From Tubulanus polymorphus (taxonomy: Eukaryota; Animalia; Nemertea): DNA of 64,000 nucleotides. The notes beneath the pieces were generated by a model. It was given only the letters and a program-made list of their open reading frames with translations. It was not told the origin of the DNA and searched no databases. The DNA is taken from positions 10,944,451-11,008,450 of the forward strand of contig NC_134035.1 of the NCBI RefSeq assembly GCF_964204645.1, written 5' to 3'. Positions 37,789 through 51,300 of this stretch are shown piece after piece (position 1 is the stretch's first letter; the number at the start of each line of letters is the position of its first letter). Position numbers and translations under genes: made by a program.

Positions 37789-40700
37789 GTACCAGGTTTT
37801 CATCGCTCTTCTCTTTTTTTTTCATTTCAGGACTCCCAAGATGAAGAAGAAGATGCTGAAGGCGACTACAGAAGATGGCGAAAAAAGAACACTGAACTCA
37901 GCAATATTGAAAGTTAAGTTGATACATGTGTAAATTACGATGTATGATACAGAAAGGATTGTGTAACTACAGAATATCGTTCTTTTACTCATTTCAGGTT
38001 AATCCGGAAAGGCCCATCTAAAATCTACCCACTAGAAGTGCCCACAAAAGACTCCACGTTGAATGAACCAAACACCAAAAGACCTGAGCAACCAAACCTG
38101 GCAGTCTCATCCTGCATGGCAACAGGAATGCATACATACATAAAGCTAAGTTGATTTTTCATATCTGGGGTAGAATGCATAGGCACTGGTGAGGATACAG
38201 ACGCTGGTCAAGCTCGCCATCTCCGCACTACTTTATTGAAGCTCTATGGCCGGTATATTGTTAAAAGTAAATTGAAATAGGCTATAGCTAGGGCAATGAT
38301 TGCTTGAATATTTACAATATTAGACGAAATGATTGAGTGAGGTCCCTTGAATATTCTTTGGTCTGATAATTAAAGGTAGATTGGTCAGTTATTGATTAAA
38401 AGATTTTTTAAGTATGTACAATTAAGGTAAATTCAATATCTTATGTGAAATTTTCCGAATGTACCGTAGATATTTCAGGCCTCATATGGCTTGTTTAACT
38501 GACAATCAAGATATAGATAGGACAATTTACTAATTAACCAATCGCTTAGATATTAGCAATCATTCAATATCTTATAATGTTTGACGAGAAATTCTTCAGG
38601 TGTAGATATTTTAGGGCCCCATATACATTTAGGCTGGCTTTACTAGTAAAGATATATATCAATTAAACTTTATCGTCGGTTAATAGATTTTTTTACAAAT
38701 AATATATTGATACATATGTCATTTATAAACATTCGGGCACTTTACAGTATATATTATGTGCTGCTTTACCCATTACATTAATGAATTCCTGGGGGAAAGA
38801 TGTATAAAATATTGTCTAGGGCTCTATCGAGATCTGGTGTAATATATATGGGGAAAACTATGGACTGCGGGTCTTTTAGAAACTGTGATTAGGTCTCAAC
38901 ACTTTGATAAATCGAGAATAAAGAAAGCTTTAATTAATCCAAATCATTCCCCGGAGTCATACTTTGTACCTTTTTTGGGCTATGATTATTGTTTAACTGA
39001 CAATCATCATATATATAGCTAGGAAAAATTGCTCATTAACCAATGGCTTAGATATCCACAATTAAGATGAATTTAATATTTCATGTAAGATCAAAAACTA
39101 TTTATATGCTATGTATGAAATAATTTATATGTGATACAGGTCCATTATAAATATGATTAAACTGACAATTGAGATATAGCTGATATATGTATATTTGAGC
39201 ATATCTGTATAATTGAATCAGTCTCATCGACTGATCAGTGTTTATATCTCCAACTGCCGTACTTACGGCGACTGGTCATGCTCTTCAATATTGCCAAAAG
39301 TTTACCAAAACCTTACTGATTCAAATGGTATCTAAAAGCCATAGGCCTACTGTGTGTCAAGTGACGCATAATATAGTCTATTAACTGACAATTAGAATAT
39401 AGCTAAGATGAATTACTCATTAACGTATTACTTAGATATCTACAATTAAGGTTAATTCAATTGTTATGTGAAATTATTTTTAATTCAAGTCCATTGACAT
39501 TTAAAATGTAGCTGATACATGTGTATCTGAGCAAATTAATTATTTATCTGTATCTAAAGTGAACCTATTGTGTCGTCATACAGCTGTATTAATTTTGATA
39601 CATATTGCCAAATTCATTTAACGCAGATTTACTTCCGATTGAAGGGAGATAAAACAAATCTGTACGTGCAAAAATACATTCCTGAATTTGGAAGGGAGAA
39701 TATTTCAATTTCACTGTGTATGTCAGATTGAGAGCCTTAATCTGACCGGATATCCTAAACTTAGGTCTTATTCCTCTTGCTAATAGCTCTCTTTTACTAA
39801 CCCCTCTCCTTCAAACTATATTCCAGCATCATGTCTTGCACCGCACCAGGGAGGTCCGGTCATAACAAGGTCTTTCGATCCTTATACACAGTGTACTGTA
39901 AAAGATATAAAAGAACTAAAGATTACATAGCAATTCGGCTATAAGGGAATTTCTAATTTACCACTAAAAATGTGCTTTTGTCTTAATTTCTGATGAATTC
40001 AAATAGTGATGAATTCACCACATCTGAAATTCTACTCGTGTAGATTTTCAGGCTCCATATAAATATAAATATTGTTGACTGATAATTAAGATGTAGCTAG
40101 TATGATGACTAATAAACGGATCGCTTAGATATCTAGAAAATTAGTTAAAATTAATTCAATATAATGAATATAAGTGAAAATTATTTAGAAAATAGCGCAG
40201 TGGATGAGACAACTGTATCGTGCAATGTTGTCTGTGTCTAACTGGGCCACATGTGTGAGGGATCTGTTGAATCAGTTAGGTTTTGGGGAATTCTGGGTTC
40301 GTTAAGCTAGGTATCAAAAGCTCTGATGCAAAATTAGCAGTTGAAATAATGATGAATTCAAATTTGTACTGGATTTGAAATTCTTCTCGTGTAGAAATTT
40401 CAAGCCCCAAATAAATTATTGTCCGAGACAATTTTAATTATAGCTAGGACATTAATTGATTTATTAGGTATCTACGATAAAGATTAACTCAGCATCTTCA
40501 TATAAGGTAAAAGTGCTCAAATCCAAACCATATGGGTTGATAAGACAACTGTATAATTAACTATTGGTTTAGGCCTATACCCTATACAGGGTGTGTTTTA
40601 ACTCTGTCTCTTGTGCGTTGGATTTATTAAATCATTAAGGCTTTGCAGAATTCTGGATTTGTCAAGGTGTGGGGATGATTCAAGGTTTCTTAAATCTGTA

Positions 40701-41904
40701 GAACCATGTTGCTTATAGGATCAGTGTGCTCAATGCTGGCAGCGCACTCACTCTAGTTAGTTATATTATCATAATTACAACATCATTGTATATATTTTAC
40801 GTGCAATATTTAGAATTACTGAAATGGATGAGAATACCATTCACTGGGCACAGATGTCACCATCTGTGGGTAGAAAACATATCTCTTAAAGTTTATTAAT
40901 TGACGATGAAGTTAATTTGATAATATGAACATGGTTAAGCTGACAATCGAAATGTATATAGGGGGCAATATTACTAGCAGGTTTGCACTATATGATGGGC
41001 CTGGGTTTTAATAAAAGTCTACTGGCCACTGGGTGTTTAGCACCCATGGAAGAAAAACATCAAGAATTTCTGAAGATAGAAGAGAAACTACAGTACAAAA
41101 AAAATTTGAACAGATTGATTATGCATTATTAGATTTGCTGTAACTCTGGTATTCCTCAAGATAGCTAGAGATGCTTTACCGAATTGTTGTTAAACTATAA
41201 TAATCAATATCAGATATCTAGAATGAATATAGATTAATTAATTGAATCGTTTAATAATTGACTATTATCAAAATCTACTTTCCGGTCCACATTGCTGATC
41301 TTATATATATATATATATATGAATTGACACGTTAATCATGATCAGTGATATTCGAAAGGATTTTCTGCTCACAAGATTTTGCTCTTTTTTTCAGCTATTC
41401 TAATAATAAATTAGTCATAAAATGTACAAAGTGATCTTCAACCTTGTAATATAGATATTCCAAATCTTGATGTATTAAAATAGGCAGTCAACTTAATTGA
41501 CCCTAATCAGTCGCCTGCCGGTTCAGACTGGTTGGAAGATTAATTGAATGAACCGGAACCGGATTTTCCAATTTGTGCTTGGTTTTAAAGAAAACAAAAT
41601 TTATGTAAAATCGACCCCCGATCACAACTATATCTGTACTTTGATTTCCGATTTTGAATATAAAACTCGACAAAATTTTTCAACCTTGTAAACTTTCGGA
41701 CTATTTACATGAAAAAAAGACCCATGAAATGTAAAAAACTTAGACAAAATTATTCAACCTTGTAAACTTTCGGACTATTTACATGAAAAGAAGACCAAAT
41801 ATTGTAAAATATAGTTATTTCCAAAATCTCAATGTATTAAATTAGGCAGAAAAAAAGTTATATGAAAAAAAATATGTAAAATTAGACAACCAACATAGGA
41901 GACC

Positions 41905-43330
41905 CTCGCCGATAATGAACCCGGCAATCATAAAAGGTAACTTAATATAGATGGAATTATTGCGATAAATTCTCATTGAAAAATTTGTCATTACTGTATA
42001 ACTTCTTTTAATCATTGCAGCTAAATTTCGACTATATGAAAACCCAGCTTGAGATCAACTACTCATCCAAAATCGACCAACTGGAACAGCGCACAGCCAA
42101 CTAGAATCAAAATCATCAACCAATCAACTAAGATGAACCACGCCGATAACGAACCCAGCAATCATAAAAGGTAACTTAATATAGATGGAATTATTGCGAT
42201 AAATTCTCATTGAAAAAACTTGTCATTACAGGATAACTTCTTTTAATCATTGCAGCTAAATTTCAACTATATGAAAACCCTGCTTGAGATCAACTACTCG
42301 TCCAAAATCGACCAACTGAAACAGCGCACAGCCAACTAGAATCAAAATCATCAACCAATCAACTTAGATGATCCACGCCGATAACGAACCCAGCAATCAT
42401 AAAAGGTAACTTAATATAGATGGAATTATTGCGATAAATTCTCATTGAAAAAACTTGTCATTACAGGATAACTTCTTTTAATCATTGCAGCTAAATTTCA
42501 ACTATATGAAAAACCCAGCTTGAGATCAACTACTCATCCAAAATCGACTAACTGGAACAGCGCGCTGCCAACTAGAATCAAATCATCAACCAATCAACTT
42601 AGATGATCCACGCTGATAACGAACCCAGCAATCATAAAAGGTAACTTAATATAGATGGAATTATTGCGATAAATTCTCATTGAAAAAACTTGTCATTACA
42701 GGATAACTTCTTTTAATCATTGCAGCTAAATTTCAACTATATGGAAAACCCAGCTTGAGATCAACTACTCGTCCAAAATCGACCAACTGGTACAGCGCAC
42801 AGCCAGCTATAATCAAATCATCAACCAATCAACTTAGATGATCCACGCCGATAATGAACCCAGCAATCATAAAAGGTAACTTAATATAGATGGAATTATT
42901 GCGATAAATTCTCATTGAAAAAACTTGTCATTACAGGATAACTTCTTTTAATCATTGCAGCTAAATTTCAACTATATGGAAAACCCAGCTTGAGATCAAC
43001 TACTCGTCCAAAATCGACCAACTGGAACAGCGCACAGCCAGCTATAATCAAATCATCAACCAATCAACTTAGATGATCCACGCCGATAACGAACCCAGCA
43101 ATCATAAAAGGTAACTCAATATAGATGGAATTATTGCGATAAATTCTAATTGAAAAAATTTGTCATTACAGGATAACTTCTTTTAATCATTGCAGCTAAA
43201 TTTCAACTATATGAAAAACCCAGCTTGAGATCAACTACTCGTCCAAAATCGACCAACTGAAACAGCGCACAGCCAACTAGAATCAAAATCATAAAAGGTA
43301 ACTTAATATAGATGGAATTATTGCGATTAA
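41905..43330 (+). repeat. 235-bp tandem array A (6 units); each unit is an ~85-nt GT-AG intron plus a ~150-nt exon-like segment
   Basis: cattgcag| acceptors at 42020, 42255, 42490, 42725, 42960 and 43195; aaaag|gtaact donors at 41936, 42170, 42405, 42640, 42875, 43110 and 43297. Confidence 0.95.
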
Positions 43331-46300
43331 TTCTAAATGAAATTGATTTACGGTACATGGAATTTATTATTATTTTAATGGTTTATGAAGAATTATGTAT
43401 ATTGTATTTACAATTAGTTTTGTTCCGTACCAGGTTTTCATCGCTCTTCTCTTTTTTTTCATTTCAGGACTCCCAAGATGAAGAAGAAGATGCTGAAGGT
43501 GACTACAGAAGATGGCGAAAAAAGAACACTGAACTCAGCAATATTGAAAGTTAAGTTGATACATGTGTAAATTACGATGTATGATACAGAAAGGATTGTG
43601 TAACTACAGAATATCGTTCTTTTACTCATTTCAGGTTAATCCGGAAAGGCCCATTTAAAATCTACCCACTAGAAGTGCCCACAAAAGACTCCACGTTGAA
43701 TGAACCAAACACCAAAAGACCTGGGCAACCAAACCTGGCAGTCTCATCCTGCATGGCAACAGGAATGCATACATACATAAAGCTAAGTTGATTTTTCATA
43801 TCTGGGGTAGAATGCATAGGCACTGGTGAGGATACAGACGCTGGTCAAACTCGCCATCTCCGCACTACTTTATTGAAGCTCTATGGCCGGTATATTGTTA
43901 AAAGTAAATTGAAATAGGCTATAGCTAGGGCAATGATTGCTTGAATATTTACAATATTAGACGAAATGATTGAGTGAGGTCCCTTGAATATTCTTTGGTC
44001 TGATAATTAAAGGTAGATTGGTCAGTTATTGATTAAAAGATTTTTTAAGTATGTACAATTAAGGTAAATTCAATATCTTATGTGAAATTTTCCGAATGTA
44101 CCGTAGATATTTCAGGCCTCATATGGCTTGTTTAACTGACAATCAAGATATAGATAGGACAATTTACTAATTAACCAATCGCTTAGATATTAGCAATCAT
44201 TCAATATCTTATAATGTTTGACGAGAAATTCTTAAGGTGTAGATATTTTAGGGCCCCATATACATTTAGGCTGGCTTTACTAGTAAAGATATATATCAAT
44301 TAAACTTTATCGTCGGTTAATAGATTTTTTTACAAATAATATATTGATACATATGTCATTTATAAACATTCGGGCACTTTACAGTATATATTATATGCTG
44401 CTTTACCCATTACATTAATGAATTCCTGGGGGAAAGATGTATAAAATATTGTCTAGGGCTCTATCGAGATCTGGTGTAATATATATGGGGAAAACTATGG
44501 ACTGCGTGTCTTTTAGAAACTGTGATTAGGTCTCAGCACTTTGATAAATCTAGAATAATGAAAGCTTTACTTAATCCAAATCATTCCCCAGAGCCATACT
44601 CTGTGCCTTGTTTTGGGCTATGATTATTGTTTAACTGACAATCATCATATATATAGCTAGGAAAAATTGCTCATTAACCAATGGCTTAGATATCCACAAT
44701 TAAGATGAATTTAATATTTCATGTAAGATCAAAAACTATTTATATGCTATGTATGAAATAATTTATATGTGATGCAGGCCCATTATAAATATGATTAAAC
44801 TGACAATTGAGATATAGCTGATATATGTATATTTGAGCATATCTATATAATAAGTGAATCAGTCTCATCGACTGATCAGTATTTATATCTCCAACTGCCA
44901 TACTTACGGCGACTGGTCATGCTCTTCAATATTGCCAAAAATTTACCAAAACCTTACTGATTCAAATGATATCTAAAAGCCATAGGCCTACTGTGTGTCA
45001 AGTGACGCATAATAGATATAGTTTAACTGACAATTAGAATATAGCTAAGATGAAATACTCATTAACGTATTACTTAGATATCTACAATTGAGGTTAATTC
45101 AATTGTTATGTGAAATTATTTTTAATTCAAGTCCATTGACATTTAAAATGTAGCTGATATATGTGTATCTGAGCAAATTAATTATTTATCTGTATCTAAA
45201 GTGAACCTATTGTGTCGTCATACAGCTGTATTAGTTTTGAAACACATTGCCAAATTGACATTTAACGCAGATTTACTTCCGATTGAAGGGAGATAAAACA
45301 AATCTGTACGTGCAAAAATACATTCCTGAATTTGGAAGGGAGAATATTTCAATTTCACTGTGTATGTCAGATTGAGAGCCTTAATCTGACATGATATCCT
45401 AAACTTAGGTCTTATTCCTCTTGCTAATAGCTCTCTTTTACTAACCCCTCTCCTTCAAACTATATTCCAGCATCATGTCTTGCACCGCACCAGGGAGGTC
45501 CGGTCATAACAAGGTCTTTCGATCCTTATACACAGTGTACTGTAAAAGATATAAAAGAACTAAAGATTACATAGCAATTCGGCTATAAGGAAATTTCTAA
45601 TTTACCACTAAAAATGTGCTTTTGTCTTAATTTCTGGTGAATTCAAATAGTGATGAATTCACCACATCTGAAATTCTACTCGTGTAGATTTTCAGGCTCC
45701 ATATAAATATAAATATTGTTGACTGATAATTAAGATGTAGCTAGTATGATGACTAATAAACGGATCGCTTAGATATCTAGAAAATTAGTTAAAATTAATT
45801 CAATATAATGAATATAAGTGAAAATTATTTAGAAAATAGCGTAGTGGATGAGACAACTGTATCGTGCAATGTTGTCTGTGTCTAACTGGGCCACATGTGT
45901 GAGGGATCTGTTGAATCAGTTAGGTTTTGGGGAATTCTGGGTTCGTTAAGCTAGGAATCAAAAGCTCTGATGCAAAATTAGCAGTTGAAATAATGATGAA
46001 TTCAAATTTGTACTGGATTTGAAATTCTTCTCGTGTAGAAATTTCAAGCCCCAAATAAATTATTGTCCGAGACAATTTTAATTATAGCTAGGACATTAAT
46101 TGATTTATTAGGTATCTACGATCAAGATTAACTCAGCATCTTCATATAAGGTAAAAGTGCTCAAATCCAAACCATATGGGTTGATAAGACAACTGTATAA
46201 TTAACTATTGGTTTAGGCCTATACCCTATACAGGGTGTGTTTTAACTCTGTCTCTTGTGCGTTGGATTTATTAAATCATTAAGGCTTTGCAGAATTCTGG

Positions 46301-47443
46301 ATTTGTCAAGGTGTGGGGATGATTCAAGGTTTCTTAAATCTGTAGAACCATGTTGCTTATAGGATCAGTGTGCTCAATGCTGGCAGCGCACTCACTCTAG
46401 TTAGTTATATTATCATAATTACAACATCATTGTATATATTTTACGTGCAATATTTAGAATTACTGAAATGGATGAGAATACCATTCACTGGGCACAGATG
46501 TCACCATCTGTGGGTAGAAAACATATCTCTTAAAGTTTATTAATTGACGATGAAGTTAATTTGATAATATGAACATGGTTAAGCTGACAATCGAAATGTA
46601 TATAGGGGGCAATATTACTAGCAGGTTTGCACTATATGATGGGCCTGGGTTTTAATAAAAGTCTACTGGCCACTGGGTGTTTAGCACCCATGGAAGAAAA
46701 ACATCAAGAATTTCTGAAGATAGAAGAGAAACTACAGTACAAAAAAAATTTGAACAGATTGATTATGCATTATTAGATTTGCTGTAACTCTGGTATTCCT
46801 CAAGATAGCTAGAGATGCTTTACCGAATTGTTGTTAAACTATAATAATCAATATCAGATATCTAGAATGAATCATGATCAGTGATATTCGAAAGGATTTT
46901 CTGCTCACAAGATTTTGCTCTTTTTTTCAGCTATTCTAATAATAAATTAGTCATAAAATGTACAAAGTGATCTTCAACCTTGTAATATAGATATTCCAAA
47001 TCTTGATGTATTAAAATAGGCAGTCAACTTAATTGACCCTAATCAGTCGCCTGCCGGTTCAGACTGGTTGGAAGATTAATTGAATGAACCGGAACCGGAT
47101 TTTCCAATTATGTGCTTGGTTTTAAAGAAAACAAAATTTATGTAAAATCGACCACCGATCACACAACTATATCTGTACTTTGATTTCCGATTTTGAATAT
47201 AAAACTAGACAAAATTTTTCAACCTTGTAAACTTTCGGACTATTTACATGAAAAAAAGACCCATGAAATGTAAAAAACTTAGACAAAATTATTCAACCTT
47301 GTAAACTTTCGGACTATTTACATGAAAAGAAGACCAAATATTGTAAAATATAGTTATTTCCAAAATCTCAATGTATTAAATTAGGCAGAAAAAAAGTTAT
47401 ATGAAAAAAAATATGTAAAATTAGACAACCAACATAAGAGACC

Positions 47444-50400
47444 CTCGCCGATAATGAACCCGGCAATCATAAAAGGTAACTTAATATAGATGGAATTATT
47501 GCGATAAATTCTAATTGAAAAAACCTGTCATTTCAGAATAACTTCTTTTAATCATTGCAGCTAAATTTCAACTATATGGAAAACCCAGCTTGAGATCAAC
47601 TATTCGTCCAAAATCAACCAACTGGAACAGCGCACAGCCAGCTAGAATCAAATTATCAACCAATCAACTTAGATGATCCACGCCGATAATGAACCGAGCA
47701 ATCATAAAAGGTAACTCAATATAGATGGAATTATTGCGATAAATTCTCATTGAAAAAACTTGTCATTACAGGATAACTTCTTTTAATCATTGCAGCTAAA
47801 TTTCAACTATATGAAAAACCCAGCTTGAGATCAACTACTGGTCCAAAATCGACCAACTGGAACAGCGCACAGCCAACTAGAATCATAATCTGCAACCAAT
47901 CAACTTAGATGATCCACGCCCATAACGAACCCAGCAATCATAAAAGGTAACTTAATATAGATGGAATAATTGCGATAAATTCTAATTGAAAAAATTTGTC
48001 ATTACAGGATAACTTCTTTTAATCATTGCAGCTAAATTTCAACTACATGGAAAACCCAGCTTGAGATCAACTATTCGTCCAAAATCGACCAACTGGAGCA
48101 GCGCACAGCCAGCTAGAATCAAATCATCAACCAATCAACTTAGATGATCCACGCCGATAACGAACCCAGCAATCATAAAAGGTAACTTAATATAGATGGA
48201 ATTATTCCGATAAATTCTCATTGAAAAAATTTGTCATTACAGGATAACTTCTTTTAATCATTGCAGCTAAATTTCAACTATATGGAAAACCCAGCTTGAG
48301 ATCAACTACTCGTCCAAAATCGACCAACTGGAACAGCGCACAGCCAGCTATAATCAAATCATCAACCAATCAACTTAGATGATCCACGCCGATAATGAAC
48401 CGAGCAATCATAAAAGGTAACTCGATATAGATGGAATTATTGCGATAAATTCTCGTTGAAAAAACTTGTCATTACAGCATAACTTCTTTTAATCATTGCA
48501 GCTAAATTTCAACTATATGGAAAACCCAGCTTGAGATCAACTACTCGTCCAAAATCGACCAACTGGAACAGCGCACAGCCAGCTAGAATCAAATCATCAA
48601 CCAATCAAATTAGATGATCCACGCCGATAACGAACCCGGCAATCATAAAAGGTAACTTAATATAGAAGGAATTATTGCGATAAATTCTAATTGAAAAAAC
48701 TTGTCATTACAGGATAACTTCTTTTAATCATTGCAGCTAAATTTCAGCTATATGAATAACCCAGCTTGAGATCAACTACTCGTCCAAAATCGACCAACTG
48801 GAACAGCGCACAGCCAGCTAGAATCAAATCATCAACCAATCAAATTAGATGATCCACGCCGATAACGAACCCAGCAATCATAAAAGGTAACTTAATATAG
48901 ATGGAATTATTGCGATAAATTCTAATTGAAAAAATTTGTCATTACAGGATAACTTCTTTTAATCATTGCAGCTAAATTTCGCTCAAATTTCAACTACATG
49001 GAAAACCCAGCTTGAGATCAACTACTCGTCCAAAATCGACCAACTGGAACAGCGCACAGCCAACTAAAATCATAATCTGCAACCAATCAACTTAGATGAT
49101 CCACGCCGATAACGAACCCAGCAATCATAAAAGGTAACTTAATATAGATGGAATAATTGCGATGAATTCTAATTGAAAAAATTTGTCATTACAGCATAAC
49201 TTCTTTTAATCATTGCAGCTAAATTTCAACTATATGAAATACCCAGCTTGAGATCAACTACTCATCCAAAATCGACCAACTGGAACAGCGCACAGCCAAC
49301 TAGAATCAAAATCATCAACCAATCAACTTAGATGATCCACGCCGATAACGAACCCAGCAATCATAAAAGGTAACTCAATATAGATGGAATTATTGCGATA
49401 AATTCTCATTGAAAAAACTTGTCATTACAGGATAACTTCTTTTAATCATTGCAGCTAAATTTCAACTATATGGAAAACCCAGCTTGAGATCAACTACTCG
49501 TCCAAAATCGACTAACTGGAACAGTGCGCTGCCAACTAGAATCAAATCATCAACCAATCAACTTAGATGATCCACGCTGATAACGAACCCAGCAATCATA
49601 AAAGGTAACTTAATATAGATGGAATTATTGCGATAAATTCTCATTGAAAAAACTTGTCATTACAGGATAACTTCTTTTAATCATTGCAGCTAAATTTCAA
49701 CTATATGGAAAACCCAGCTTGAGATCAACTACTCGTCCAAAATCGACCAACTGGTACAGCGCACAGCCAGCTATAATCAAATCATCAACCAATCAACTTA
49801 GATGATCCACGCCGATAATGAACCCAGCAATCATAAAAGGTAACTTAATATAGATGGAATTATTGCGATAAATTCTCATTGAAAAAACTTGTCATTACAG
49901 GATAACTTCTTTTAATCATTGCAGCTAAATTTCAACTATATGGAAAACCCAGCTTGAGATCAACTACTCGTCCAAAATCGACCAACTGGAACAGCGCACA
50001 GCCAGCTATAATCAAATCATCAACCAATCAACTTAGATGATCCACGCCGATAACGAACCCAGCAATCATAAAAGGTAACTCAATATAGATGGAATTATTG
50101 CGATAAATTCTCATTGAAAAAACTTGTCATTACAGGATAACTTCTTTTAATTATTGCAGCTAAATTTCAACTATATGAAAAACCCAGCTTGAGATCAACT
50201 ACTCATCCAAAATCGACCAACTGGAACAGCGCACAGCCAACTAGAATCAAAATCATCAACCAATCAACTTAGATGATCCACGCCGATAACGAACCCAGCA
50301 ATCATAAAAGGTAACTTAATATAGATGGAATTATTGCGATAAATTCTCATTGAAAAAACTTGTCATTACAGGATAACTTCTTTTAATTATTGCAGCTAAA

Positions 50401-50780
50401 TTTCAACTATATGAAAAACCCAGCTTGAGATCAACTACTCATCCAAAATCGACCAACTGGAACAGCGCACAGCCAACTAGAATCAAAATCTGCAACCAAT
50501 CAACTTAGATGATCCACGCCGATAACGAACCCAGCAATCATAAAAGGTAACTTAATATAGATGGAATTATTGCGATAAATTCTCATTGAAAAAACTTGTC
50601 ATTACAGGATAACTTCTTTTAATCATTGCAGCTAAATTTCAACTATATGGAAAACCCAGCTTGAGATCAACTACTTATCCAAAATCGACCAACTGGAACA
50701 GCGCACAGCCAACTAGAATCAAAATCATCAACCCAGCAATCATAAAAGGTAACTTAATATAGATGGAAATATTGCGATTA
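47444..50780 (+). repeat. 235-bp tandem array B (14 units), same family as array A
   Basis: ttgcag|ctaaa acceptors at 47560, 47795, 48031, 48266, 48501, 48736, 48971, 49218, 49454, 49689, 49924, 50159, 50395 and 50631. One unit carries a short internal duplication (gctaaatttc gctcaaatttc). Confidence 0.95.
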
Positions 50781-51147
50781 ATTCTAAATGAAATTGAATG
50801 ACAGTACATGGAATTTATTATTATTAATGGTATATGAAGAATTATGTATATTGTAAGATATTGTATAATTACAGGATATCTTCTTTTATTCATTTCAGCT
50901 TAATCACATCTATAAGAAAATGCTCAGCCTAAGATGTACTGGTGAAAAATGTACTGATTAGAATAGCCAACAGAAGATTCCATCTTGAATTGAAATCATC
51001 AACTACCACAGAAGAACCATCTTGAATTCGACTGCATAGGCCTAGAAGTCCAGAGAAATTTAGCCAGCAGCAGTTTATCGCCCAATGACAGATTTCTTCT
51101 ACAATAGGTGGAGAAGAGACAATGCGTGTCTTACCGGTATATATAAA

Positions 51148-51300
51148 CAATTATTCAGGAGCAGCAGAGACAATGTAAATATTTTGTGAACAGTTATTCA
51201 GGAGCAGCACAGACAATGCGTATCATATAAACACTTGTTCAGGAGCAGCACAGACAATGCGTATCTTATAAACACTTATTCAGGAGCAGCAGAGACAATA
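51148..51300 (+). repeat. ~39-44-bp minisatellite, 4 copies
   Basis: tt(a/g)ttcaggagcagca(g/c)agacaat is repeated four times. Confidence 0.85.

Larger units (their letters stand above)
37779..50855 (+). repeat. Recent tandem segmental duplication: copy 1 37779-~43406, copy 2 43417-~50855
   Basis: Near-identical sequence from gttttgttccgtaccagg onward at an offset of ~5638 bp. The copies differ by scattered SNPs, a 108-bp indel (41229-41336) and satellite copy number (6 vs 14). Confidence 0.95.

Noticed and set aside
39990-40030. C/D-box snoRNA (TGATGA...CTGA)
   Set aside because: The boxes are too close together, there is no terminal stem, and they lie within degenerate repeats.
41905-50780. 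235-bp arrays as a CRISPR array or a repeat-protein CDS
   Set aside because: There are no unique spacers and the context is eukaryotic. The exon-like part has stops in all frames and 150/151-nt length variation. The fixed TGA has no supporting SECIS that I can see.
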